From contig CP065011.1 of the NCBI GenBank assembly GCA_016699795.1, positions 482,474 to 546,473 of the forward strand: a DNA stretch of 64,000 nucleotides. The letters are read 5' to 3'. Origin of the DNA: Candidatus Moraniibacteriota bacterium. Lineage in GTDB: Bacteria; Patescibacteriota; Minisyncoccia; Moranbacterales; GCA-2747515. Shown here piece by piece: positions 40,001 through 47,636 of this stretch. Within the stretch, counting starts at the first letter, position 1, and every line of letters begins with the position of its first letter. Below the pieces are notes generated by a model. That model searched no databases, had not been told where the DNA came from, and saw only the letters and a list, made by a program, of their open reading frames with translations. The position numbers and the translations under genes are program-made.

Positions 40001-40040
40001 AATTCTTTATTCTTTAGGAAGATCTAATCGTTCATCATAA
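37038..40040 (+). CDS. large Cys-rich cell-surface protein with signal peptide and C-terminal TM anchor
   Basis: 1000 aa. N-terminal signal (MRTRKISRIFAFFLLISLNITYISPVFAQ). Many Cys. Ca-binding-like CDADGDGTLTIEDW. C-terminal hydrophobic anchor FLSILVSIFILGILYSL followed by a basic tail. Confidence 0.6.
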   Translation: MRTRKISRIFAFFLLISLNITYISPVFAQFSGLIEEAASIIERRYHLNLGSIQNQGEYFNVSDQKKLAPELIMNFTPTDPKPGQELTAKSFPMYFENNKEELYYTWYLQKEGCDDLDSKNNLEKCDADGDGTLTIEDWKVEASRIIANSVIERDEIKYDNDDDNDGFAYVHTGKKVAVYGGAARRQILERCYILDRETGEQHELIKGKAPDGTPGNNQNPFDCDLTTHNVRCLDRAATPSGCSLPTCFSHPSPYFTALAPDCLSDNKISCVRGKPYCIAKIYTLDDDPATYLEKEQCHDDYPDFCGSLYIDAKELTSCDNGGNNGSTYATAGCKHLFPNAKGKEFITNNKQGTSVNEVTGDGEYELQEEKFWVTDPHNDDTANTGNGDESNIVGMGIDTFTWNYQLGDKVGLVIEGTSQIPTKYDNHSKMIMWAFSKNDCPVTGKGVYYPQVKDYAVKIHTTTMDLDSCLEKNLIDPREGGQKNNIDVSLVYSPEKPMNNSRVVGGEDTAPDKDDSLGFGETLTINSSISNSKKDESHISYTWKVFISKDGTFDPRKYVRESDPIKTGDESTAGWVEITKELVKYKLVDLVEGNNISDLDISLNITEKLLKEADPSLTIEKVFPDSLGNIGHLRVRLYVKEEFAPDVSADGVSTIIIPVNNSGKRLTSSLAFLDDIKPKTFINEDPKSTANNKKVLICEDKLTLASGICYVTKNEVIAAELGKLENEDATEKLTNFSWELDGKPLLCDKNVSRKYCEDDKQTRYNFFAITGKPGERHSLTLTALEEVTGQVKTFTQTYEVVDPFIEIIPFDDNVWPKYLGAYRDAQGKYHEDISTEVFQGYFGDSAYLQAVFFPDFLKKRARKQWLCSSNLCDTTHMEIGANELPTVYFPMIDPPGHTYNVSMEAIYQQNREVREAMQRIWGMRIFETTDYWIKKAVRIEVLENNEEEDIALLTPKTFFASVLSNTPKHIWFATQAFLSILVSIFILGILYSLGRSNRSS

Positions 40041-40059
40041 ACAAAAAAAACATTTTGCA

Positions 40060-41196
40060 ATGAAAAATATTTTTATTATAAGCTCTGTTCTCTTTAGTAT
40101 TACTCTACTTTCTTGGTTATTATTTGTTTTTTTTGTTAAAGATCCCAAAGAGATAGAAGAGAAGCCTTCTCCCATTAGTGAGATTCAAGAAAAAGAAGAA
40201 CCCAAAGAAACCAGCTCGCCTTTTCAAATTTTTAGTGATTTCCCTATTCTTTCTCCACTTCTTTCGGAAGACGGTTCTTCTATTTTTGGTTATCACAAAG
40301 AAACGTCCACACTTTATTCTCTTAATGTAGAAAGTGGAGAAAAAAAAGTCCTTCAAGACACACAACTCACAAATCCCCTCATTGCTCTCTGGGCAAAAGA
40401 TCCTCGTATTTCCATACTCAAAACTTCTCCCCAAAAAAATGCTGAGTATTTTCTCGTGGATAGTAATTCTCAAACAACAACACCTCTTCCTTCCAATATT
40501 ACCTATTTAAATTGGGATAATCTATCTGAAAAAATTATTTTCATTCAAAGAAAAAAGCCTGAGGAGATACTTTTTTCCACGGCAAAACCTGATGGATCAG
40601 AACCAAAAGAACTTCTTACTATCACAGAGAAAGGAAGAATTTCTCTTATTCCTGTACCACAATCCCCAGCTATAGCTTATTGGCCACAAAGCGCTAATAC
40701 AAAAATTTCACCACTTTTTCATATTAATCTTAGTTCCGGCACAAAAACGGAAATATTTTCAGGAAGATATGGGGGAGATTATCTCTATTCTCCTGATGGA
40801 GAAAAAATTCTTCTTAGTTGGTCTCCAGAAAAAAACAGTTCCAAACTCACACTCGCTCTCTTAAATAAATATGGCGGTCAATATAAAGATCTTGGCCTTC
40901 CTACATTAGTATCTAAATGTGCATGGGGAAAAAATACTGTACATATTTATTGCGCTGTTCCCACAGGAATACCCCAAACAGCTGTTATGCCCGATGATTA
41001 TCTTAATGGAAAAGTATCTACCGTAGATTCTCTTTGGAAAATAAACGTAGAAACTGGAAAAAAGGAACGTGTCGTAGAACTCTCTGATATAAAAGAAACT
41101 TTTGATGTTACTAATATTTTTATCGATGCAAGCGAGCAATTTCTTTATTTTACGAACAAATCCACAAATATCCTCTATAAAGTAAAACTCCCTTAA
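40060..41196 (+). CDS. membrane-anchored PD40/TolB-like beta-propeller protein
   Basis: 378 aa. N-terminal TM. Repeated ...SPDGEKILLSWSP..., ...KPDGSEP... blocks typical of PD40 propeller blades. Confidence 0.5.
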   Translation: MKNIFIISSVLFSITLLSWLLFVFFVKDPKEIEEKPSPISEIQEKEEPKETSSPFQIFSDFPILSPLLSEDGSSIFGYHKETSTLYSLNVESGEKKVLQDTQLTNPLIALWAKDPRISILKTSPQKNAEYFLVDSNSQTTTPLPSNITYLNWDNLSEKIIFIQRKKPEEILFSTAKPDGSEPKELLTITEKGRISLIPVPQSPAIAYWPQSANTKISPLFHINLSSGTKTEIFSGRYGGDYLYSPDGEKILLSWSPEKNSSKLTLALLNKYGGQYKDLGLPTLVSKCAWGKNTVHIYCAVPTGIPQTAVMPDDYLNGKVSTVDSLWKINVETGKKERVVELSDIKETFDVTNIFIDASEQFLYFTNKSTNILYKVKLP

Positions 41197-41211
41197 TCCA
41201 ATAGCTCTCTT

Positions 41212-42489
41212 TTGAAAATAAGAAAAAATATAGTAACCTCTATGTTTAAAAATAAAATATTTAAAAAAATAAACATCCTTCTTTTGAATATCAAAGAAAG
41301 AATTATTTTTTTTGTTTTTATTCTATCTTTTTTTATTATTCAAAGCCCCTCTGTTTTTGCCATGACTGAAGCTGAATGCGAAGCAAAAAGTGGTGCTGGT
41401 CCGAATGAGAAAGCTTATTGCTCTTCTACTATGTGCTCTACTGGGGAAGGGAAAGAGACTTATTTAGGAGAATGTGATTCACTTATCTCGCCACATTGTT
41501 GTAAAAAAGGAGATTACACTACAACTACAAGTTGCGCTGCTTTGGGTGGTACTTGTAGTGGCCACGCTAGTTGCCCCAGCCTCACCTCTCGTGTTGGTCT
41601 CTGTGATAAATTAGCTGATGGTGGAACTGATACTTGTTGTAAACCAACAAAGATTGTTTATCCTGATGGATCAACACCAAAAGCCAATTCAACCTCTTCT
41701 TTCGACTATACCCCCCTCGAACCCATTCCAGGTGCTACAAATGATACATCTACTCTTGCAGGATTTCTTGAAGGTCTTTATTTTTTTGTTATGTGGAGTG
41801 CAGGAGTGATGGCTATGTTCATGATAGGGTTGGGAGGTTTCTGGTATCTTACTTCAGCAGGAAACACTTCTCGTGTAGGAGAAGCTAAAACTATTATTGT
41901 TAATGCTCTTTTGGGACTTTTAGTTCTTACGTTTACATGGCTTATTCTCTACATCATTAATCCAGATCTTACTAAGTTAGATTGGAGTAGCTTGGAGGAA
42001 ATTCTCATTGATCGAAAGGGGTCCTCCTTTAACAATCCTCCTCAAATTGGTCCAGGAAATCCTAATAATGGTAATGGATCTTGTAGCCCAGTTTCCAATG
42101 GACCTTGTTCGGTTGAAAATTTAAAACAAACCTGTCTTTCTTCAAATGTAAATGTATTTTCACAAATATGTAATAAAGAAAGTAGTGGAGACCCTCTAAA
42201 ACCAAGTGTCGTTGATCGTTGTAAAAAAAGAGGTAATAATGAGCCCTTTTCTATAGGTCTTTATCAAATCAATCTTACTGTTCATACTATAGGCGGTCTT
42301 AATTGTCCTTCTGCCTTCAATGGAAAAAATTATGATTGTATAGTAATTAATAAGGATCTTTATGAAAAATGCGTTAAGGCGGCACAAGATCCCAATCTTA
42401 ATATAAAAAAGGCTTGCGAAATTTCAGGTAATGGTAATAATATAGGTCCTTGGAAAAATACAGCTATTACTTGCGGTCTTTATAAATAA
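41212..42489 (+). CDS. chimeric protein: signal peptide + Cys-rich domain + T4SS-pilin-like two-TM hairpin + lytic transglycosylase (SLT/VirB1-like) domain
   Basis: 425 aa. Hairpin LAGFLEGLYFFVMWSAGVMAMFMIGLGGFWYLTSAGNTSRVGEAKTIIVNALLGLLVLTFTWLILYIINP resembles TrbC/VirB2-type pilins of Gram-positive/CPR T4SS. C-terminal ...ICNKESSGDPLKPSVVD...FSIGLYQINL... resembles the SLT catalytic E-S and GLMQI motifs. Confidence 0.6.
   Translation: MKIRKNIVTSMFKNKIFKKINILLLNIKERIIFFVFILSFFIIQSPSVFAMTEAECEAKSGAGPNEKAYCSSTMCSTGEGKETYLGECDSLISPHCCKKGDYTTTTSCAALGGTCSGHASCPSLTSRVGLCDKLADGGTDTCCKPTKIVYPDGSTPKANSTSSFDYTPLEPIPGATNDTSTLAGFLEGLYFFVMWSAGVMAMFMIGLGGFWYLTSAGNTSRVGEAKTIIVNALLGLLVLTFTWLILYIINPDLTKLDWSSLEEILIDRKGSSFNNPPQIGPGNPNNGNGSCSPVSNGPCSVENLKQTCLSSNVNVFSQICNKESSGDPLKPSVVDRCKKRGNNEPFSIGLYQINLTVHTIGGLNCPSAFNGKNYDCIVINKDLYEKCVKAAQDPNLNIKKACEISGNGNNIGPWKNTAITCGLYK
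41695..42003 (+). repeat. 309-nt cassette, nucleotide-identical to 43614..43922 (pilin-like hairpin-coding segment), copy 1
   Basis: Direct comparison of the two stretches shows identity over 309 nt, encoding SSFDYTPLEPIPGATNDT...DWSSLEEI. Flanking sequence on both sides is unrelated. Confidence 0.85.
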
Positions 42490-42499
42490 AAATAGCTTT

Positions 42500-43054
42500 A
42501 TGAAAATAAATTATCGATTTTTTATTCTTTTTTTTCTTTCTCTTATTTTTTTAGTTGGGACTTTTTTTATAACACTACAGTATATTAACTTTCCTTTACT
42601 CCCAAATAAAAAAGAAACTCTAGAAAAAAAAGTGGGTGAAGAAAATAAACCTAAAAAAGAAAGAATTATTGAAATTCTAGACCATTCCAAATACACTCAT
42701 GAAAAAATAGGCTCGGATATAATATCTCAATCAAGAAAAATAGATGATACTATTTATATCTTTCTCGAAAAAAATAAAATTAGTGAATATGAAAATCCTG
42801 ATTATGTCATTTATTATTTTTTAAAAAAAAGTCCTAATGGGGAGATAAAACCTGAGGGCTCCGTAAGAATCATTCTTCAAAAAAAGCCATTTGAAGAGCT
42901 TAGAGCCCTTGCGGAAAAAGATTTTCTTGATAAACTTGCTCTTACAAAAGAGGATGCTTGTCAACTTGATATTTCAGAAACTATTTTATTTGAGATAGAT
43001 CCAGAGCATGGTGGGGTTGATTTTGGATTAAGTTTTTGTGAAAACTCTTTATAA
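42500..43054 (+). CDS. N-terminally anchored hypothetical protein (possible VirB8-like accessory)
   Basis: 184 aa. Single N-terminal TM then soluble domain. Assignment by architecture only. Confidence 0.35.
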   Translation: MKINYRFFILFFLSLIFLVGTFFITLQYINFPLLPNKKETLEKKVGEENKPKKERIIEILDHSKYTHEKIGSDIISQSRKIDDTIYIFLEKNKISEYENPDYVIYYFLKKSPNGEIKPEGSVRIILQKKPFEELRALAEKDFLDKLALTKEDACQLDISETILFEIDPEHGGVDFGLSFCENSL

Positions 43055-43205
43055 AGATTTCACTATTATTATAAATCCCTTCATAAAAACTTCTTCTAAC
43101 ATACTTTATTTTTCTTTCCAAAAAACGCATTGTCTTTTATAATTTAAAATAAGATATTTCAAATTATAAAATTAAATTGTCTTATTGTTTTTAAAATAAA
43201 ATAAT

Positions 43206-44420
43206 ATGAAAAATAAATTCTTTCCTTTTTTCTTTTCTTTTCTATTATTTTATTCATTCCTTCCGATTCAAGCTCAAGCAGGATTTACTTCAGATGCGGA
43301 ATGTTTTGATGCTTTTGGAGTACCAACAGCAAAGAATTCTGCTTGTGCGCAAGGGTATTATGAAGGTGGTGATATTTGTTACAAATTAGCTGATGGTACA
43401 ATTAACTGTAACTTAACAAAGTGTTGTATAGACGAAGAAAAAGGAAATAAAAATGATTTAACAAAAAAATGCCAAACTGAAATGGGGGGGACTTATATCA
43501 CAGGGAATATCTGCTCTACTGGTGATGATGAGAAAGGAACATTAAAAGATCCAAAAAATCCAACATATACCTACAAATGTTGTAAAAAAAATTATACAAC
43601 TCCTTCATCAGATTCTTCTTTCGACTATACCCCCCTCGAACCCATTCCAGGTGCTACAAATGATACATCTACTCTTGCAGGATTTCTTGAAGGTCTTTAT
43701 TTTTTTGTTATGTGGAGTGCAGGAGTGATGGCTATGTTCATGATAGGGTTGGGAGGTTTCTGGTATCTTACTTCAGCAGGAAACACTTCTCGTGTAGGAG
43801 AAGCTAAAACTATTATTGTTAATGCTCTTTTGGGACTTTTAGTTCTTACGTTTACATGGCTTATTCTCTACATCATTAATCCAGATCTTACTAAGTTAGA
43901 TTGGAGTAGCTTGGAGGAAATTGCAGTAGATGTGGGCTCTGAAACAGGAACAGGAAATAAATCAACAATTGATACACCAACAACCGTGGGTTGTGGGAAA
44001 ATAGTTGAAGCTGCGCATGCTATGGTAACTAGTGGCTGTAAATATAGCCAAGCGAAACGAAATGCTTGTACTGGAAATCCAGGGTATACAGATTGTTCTG
44101 ATTTTACATATCATGCCTATAAAAAAGCTGGTTGTAGCACTGGTTTTGGGAATACCACAGCTACTATGGTAGGTAAAACACCTACATTTAATGGAGATCA
44201 ATCAAGTCTTAAAGCTGGTGATGCTCTTGTTTATAATAATGGGGGTAGTGGTCATGTTGTTATATGTGAACAAGATGGCTGTAATACAATAACTCATGCG
44301 TCGGGAGAAAAAGCTGGTTTAAAAAAGGGAGCTTCCTCTGGTTACATATTTAAAAAACCGAACCTTCATGTTATTCGAGCAGAAACATTTTGTGCCAATG
44401 CTAAAGATGCTTCTTGTTAA
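43206..44420 (+). CDS. chimeric protein: signal peptide + Cys-rich domain + T4SS-pilin-like two-TM hairpin + NlpC/P60-or-CHAP-type cysteine peptidase domain
   Basis: 404 aa. Central 103 aa identical to the paralog at 41212..42489. C-terminal ...GYTDCSDFTYHAYKKAGC...GDALVYNNGGSGHVVIC... has Cys and His spaced as in NlpC/P60/CHAP papain-like peptidoglycan peptidases. Confidence 0.6.
   Translation: MKNKFFPFFFSFLLFYSFLPIQAQAGFTSDAECFDAFGVPTAKNSACAQGYYEGGDICYKLADGTINCNLTKCCIDEEKGNKNDLTKKCQTEMGGTYITGNICSTGDDEKGTLKDPKNPTYTYKCCKKNYTTPSSDSSFDYTPLEPIPGATNDTSTLAGFLEGLYFFVMWSAGVMAMFMIGLGGFWYLTSAGNTSRVGEAKTIIVNALLGLLVLTFTWLILYIINPDLTKLDWSSLEEIAVDVGSETGTGNKSTIDTPTTVGCGKIVEAAHAMVTSGCKYSQAKRNACTGNPGYTDCSDFTYHAYKKAGCSTGFGNTTATMVGKTPTFNGDQSSLKAGDALVYNNGGSGHVVICEQDGCNTITHASGEKAGLKKGASSGYIFKKPNLHVIRAETFCANAKDASC
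43614..43922 (+). repeat. 309-nt cassette, copy 2 (identical to 41695..42003)
   Basis: See copy 1. Offset between copies is 1919 nt. Confidence 0.85.
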
Positions 44421-44429
44421 CTTAAAAAT

Positions 44430-45146
44430 ATGACAAAAAAAATTATTTTTCTTATCGTTATCTTTCTATTCCTTCTAATTTTGGGAATATTCTTTTTTTT
44501 CCAAAAAAACAAAATAACACAAGAAGATTCTCCCACTAAAAATATACAAAAAATAGAAATTCCTACTGAGAAGGAAAAAGAAACAGCACTTATTTCAAAT
44601 GATTTACAAAATTTTCTTTCTACGCCGACATCAGAAGAAATAACGTGGTTCTCTCCAAAAAATACAGAAAAGAATGAGATTCTTCCTATAAGAGAATTTT
44701 TTCAAAAAAATTCTCTTCGTCTTTCTGTTGAAATGCAGACAAAGATCGATTGGAAAGACTATGATCTTTTTTTATGCCCATCTCCAGATGAAAATGGAGT
44801 GGGAGTCCGTCTTACTCAAATAGCAAATCCCCAAACAGGAAAACCTACTTATGAAGAAATACTTCAAGCTCTCGATACTTGGTCAAGCGTAATACCAATA
44901 GATCTTTGGTTATTATTTTTCAAAAATCCTGAAGAAACAAAAAATATACAATCCGTTTTTGTTGAAAATAAAGAGTATTCTTATGATTCTGCCTATGAAT
45001 GGAGATATAAAAAAGCAATTGTAACATTTGTTAGTGGAGAGAAAAAAGAATTTTATTATGGAACAGTTGCTCATAATATCCTTATTACGCAATCTCTTTC
45101 TTGTGTTCACAAAGTCTCCAAACAACTTTACGATCTTGTCCCATAA
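44430..45146 (+). CDS. N-terminally anchored hypothetical protein
   Basis: 238 aa. N-terminal TM (IIFLIVIFLFLLILGIFFFF) then soluble domain. 3' end overlaps the convergent gene by ~60 nt. Confidence 0.4.
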   Translation: MTKKIIFLIVIFLFLLILGIFFFFQKNKITQEDSPTKNIQKIEIPTEKEKETALISNDLQNFLSTPTSEEITWFSPKNTEKNEILPIREFFQKNSLRLSVEMQTKIDWKDYDLFLCPSPDENGVGVRLTQIANPQTGKPTYEEILQALDTWSSVIPIDLWLLFFKNPEETKNIQSVFVENKEYSYDSAYEWRYKKAIVTFVSGEKKEFYYGTVAHNILITQSLSCVHKVSKQLYDLVP

Positions 45147-46353
45147 AACAAACGAACCAAAATAAAAAACTTATATCATTCCTCCAATAGGGAGTGTCTA
45201 TTAAACCCCAGATTACTATCATACTAAGAAAAGAAAAAACAAAGAGATACAGTTCTTTGTTTTTTTTATCTCTTTCAAAAGAAAAAGTTAAAGAGTGTAG
45301 CGTACTTCCTAACACACAAAGAAAGCCTATAAAACCAACAAAGCCTGATTGCATATAAAAAGAAAGAAAAATATTGTGAGGATGTGGCACTGCCCATTCA
45401 AGATAAAAAGGATATTTATTTTGGTATTCCAGATACTTTTCTTGAAAATTTCCTGGTCCTATGCCCCAGAAAAAATTATCTTTGGTTATATCCCAAGCTG
45501 ATTGCCATATCATCAAACGAGAAACAAAGGATGATCTTGTTTCCATATCAAAAAATACAACTTCTTTTTCAAAGGTAAGAAAAAAGAAAACAACTACACA
45601 AAAAAGGAGGAGAAAGAAAAAATGCATACATATTAATAGTCCTTTTCTATTCTTTACCAAAGATAAAACACCTAAAGCAGTTAAGAGGCTCAAAAATGCA
45701 CCGTAAGACATTGTAAGTATCAAAGTTGAGATGATTATAGTAAAAAGAATATGATGGCCGTATTTCTCAAAAATAGAGCTTCTCATTGATATTTTCTTTT
45801 GTATTTTCTGCCAAAGATAGAGAAGGGCAGGTGCTATATATAAAGCAAGTTGATTAGGAGAATCATACCATCCTCGAAGACGATTATCGTACGTCATGCC
45901 AAAATCAAAAAAACTCAAAAAAAGAAGGGAAAAAGAAACCGCACCCGCACTTAAAACATAACTATACAGAAAGTTTTTCCATTCTTTTTCTTTTTTGTAA
46001 AAAGTAAAAAGAAGAAAAGTAAAAAGAAAGGGCAAAAAAAACCAACTCTTTATTATTCCCCATTCTCTGGAAGATATTCCTTCAGAAAAAAAGGCGGAAA
46101 AAAAAGTTCCAAAGAAAAGTAAAAGAACTCCAAAGAAAAAAAGTTTATTTTTTATTATTAAACACTGAAAACGGTATTGTAATTCTTTGGAGGAAAAAAT
46201 TCGTACAAGAAAAAGAAAAATACCTACAAGCAAAAGCACGTCTAGCATATTTGTTTTTATGCCAAAAAATTCAAACCGAATCACATATGTTGGTACAAGA
46301 AAAATAACTATATACGGATAATATTTTTCTCCTTTGGAAAAAAAATTTTTCAT
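45085..46353 (-). CDS. O-antigen ligase/Wzy-like polytopic membrane protein
   Basis: 422 aa with ~10-12 TM. ...HPHNIFLSFYMQSGFVGFIGFL... resembles the Wzy_C (O-antigen ligase) H-N...E/Q-G motif. Confidence 0.55.
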   Translation of the reverse strand: MKNFFSKGEKYYPYIVIFLVPTYVIRFEFFGIKTNMLDVLLLVGIFLFLVRIFSSKELQYRFQCLIIKNKLFFFGVLLLFFGTFFSAFFSEGISSREWGIIKSWFFLPFLFTFLLFTFYKKEKEWKNFLYSYVLSAGAVSFSLLFLSFFDFGMTYDNRLRGWYDSPNQLALYIAPALLYLWQKIQKKISMRSSIFEKYGHHILFTIIISTLILTMSYGAFLSLLTALGVLSLVKNRKGLLICMHFFFLLLFCVVVFFFLTFEKEVVFFDMETRSSFVSRLMIWQSAWDITKDNFFWGIGPGNFQEKYLEYQNKYPFYLEWAVPHPHNIFLSFYMQSGFVGFIGFLCVLGSTLHSLTFSFERDKKNKELYLFVFSFLSMIVIWGLIDTPYWRNDISFLFWFVCFMGQDRKVVWRLCEHKKEIA

Positions 46354-47636
46354 AGTATTTCTTCTTTCTGTTCTTTCTCAAACCAAAAAACACTTGAAAG
46401 AACAAGAAAAAGAACACTTATAATGTGAATAGAAAATAACGGGGTATCAAAAAACGTGTGCAGAGAAAAAACTCCGAGAGAAAACATCATGGATAAAGCG
46501 TAAAGATTTTTTTTCCTCTGTTGTAATCCAATCAAAAAAGATGCTCCTATCCACATAACCCAAAGAAAAAGTGAAAAAAGTCCCATTTCTACGGCGATAT
46601 CTAAATATATATTATGAGCATAAATAGGATCTCTATATTCAGCGCTAGGAAGAATTTCCAATGCATATCCACCCATACCCACACCCCAGGGCTTTTCCAT
46701 AATTATATACCATGATTGTTTCCACATATCCAATCGTCCTGCATTAGAATTATCTAGAGTAGAAAAAGAGGAAAGAGCTCTCTCAAAAAAAGGATTTTCA
46801 TAAAAAATAAAGGAAAAACAAAGAAATAAACTTATAAAAAGTCCTACAATAAGGCGAAATTTTCTCATTTGAACAAGAAAAAAAGATATTCCTAAAAAGG
46901 CGAAAAAGAAAAGTGCTATATAAGCACCTCGAGAAAATGTCAAGAGGAGAGCTAATAAAATAATACTTGCAATCATTGCGTATCCCCATGATTTTTTTGA
47001 ATAAGCATATATTAAGGTCCAAACCAAACAAAATTCCCAATAAAACGCGGCAATATGAGGATCTGGAAAAAATCCTATAGCACGAAAAACTGTTTCCCCT
47101 CCCACATTAACTAACCAACTCGAATATTCAATAACCGATTCCGAAAATGATTCTCCTAAAAAAAGAGGTGCTACAAGAGTCCTCCACCATAAAAGTGTTT
47201 TTTCTATACCAAAAAAGAATGGGAGTGTGAACTGAAAAATAGCAACGAGAGAGGATAAACATCCTGAAAATGCAAGTGCCTTTGAAAGAGCTTCGGGTGT
47301 CCATTTTTTTTGAAAAAACATCCAGGAAGCCATAAAAAAAAGGAGGAAAAAATTTATAAGAAAAAAAACTTTTCTTAGAGCCCATTCTTGGTTTTGGGCC
47401 CATAGAAAAGATAATGCAGCAAAAAAAAGGAAGGAAATACCTAGCCAAAAAGCCTTTGACTTTGGAAGTTCTAATTTTCCCGATATAAGAACTGTATGAA
47501 TCCAAAAGAAAAAAGCTAAAAAAATAATCAAACGAGTAATGCCTACATCAAAAGTTTCTGAAATATTAAGCGCGAATTGAAAAGGAAGAAAAAGAAGAAA
47601 AAGAAGAAGGAATTTATCGTTAAAAAATGATTTCAT
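46350..47636 (-). CDS. O-antigen ligase/Wzy-like polytopic membrane protein (paralog)
   Basis: 428 aa polytopic. ...AHNIYLDIAVEMGLFSLFLWVMW... matches the Wzy_C motif. ...SRGAYIALF... typical loop. Confidence 0.55.
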   Translation of the reverse strand: MKSFFNDKFLLLFLLFLPFQFALNISETFDVGITRLIIFLAFFFWIHTVLISGKLELPKSKAFWLGISFLFFAALSFLWAQNQEWALRKVFFLINFFLLFFMASWMFFQKKWTPEALSKALAFSGCLSSLVAIFQFTLPFFFGIEKTLLWWRTLVAPLFLGESFSESVIEYSSWLVNVGGETVFRAIGFFPDPHIAAFYWEFCLVWTLIYAYSKKSWGYAMIASIILLALLLTFSRGAYIALFFFAFLGISFFLVQMRKFRLIVGLFISLFLCFSFIFYENPFFERALSSFSTLDNSNAGRLDMWKQSWYIIMEKPWGVGMGGYALEILPSAEYRDPIYAHNIYLDIAVEMGLFSLFLWVMWIGASFLIGLQQRKKNLYALSMMFSLGVFSLHTFFDTPLFSIHIISVLFLVLSSVFWFEKEQKEEIL

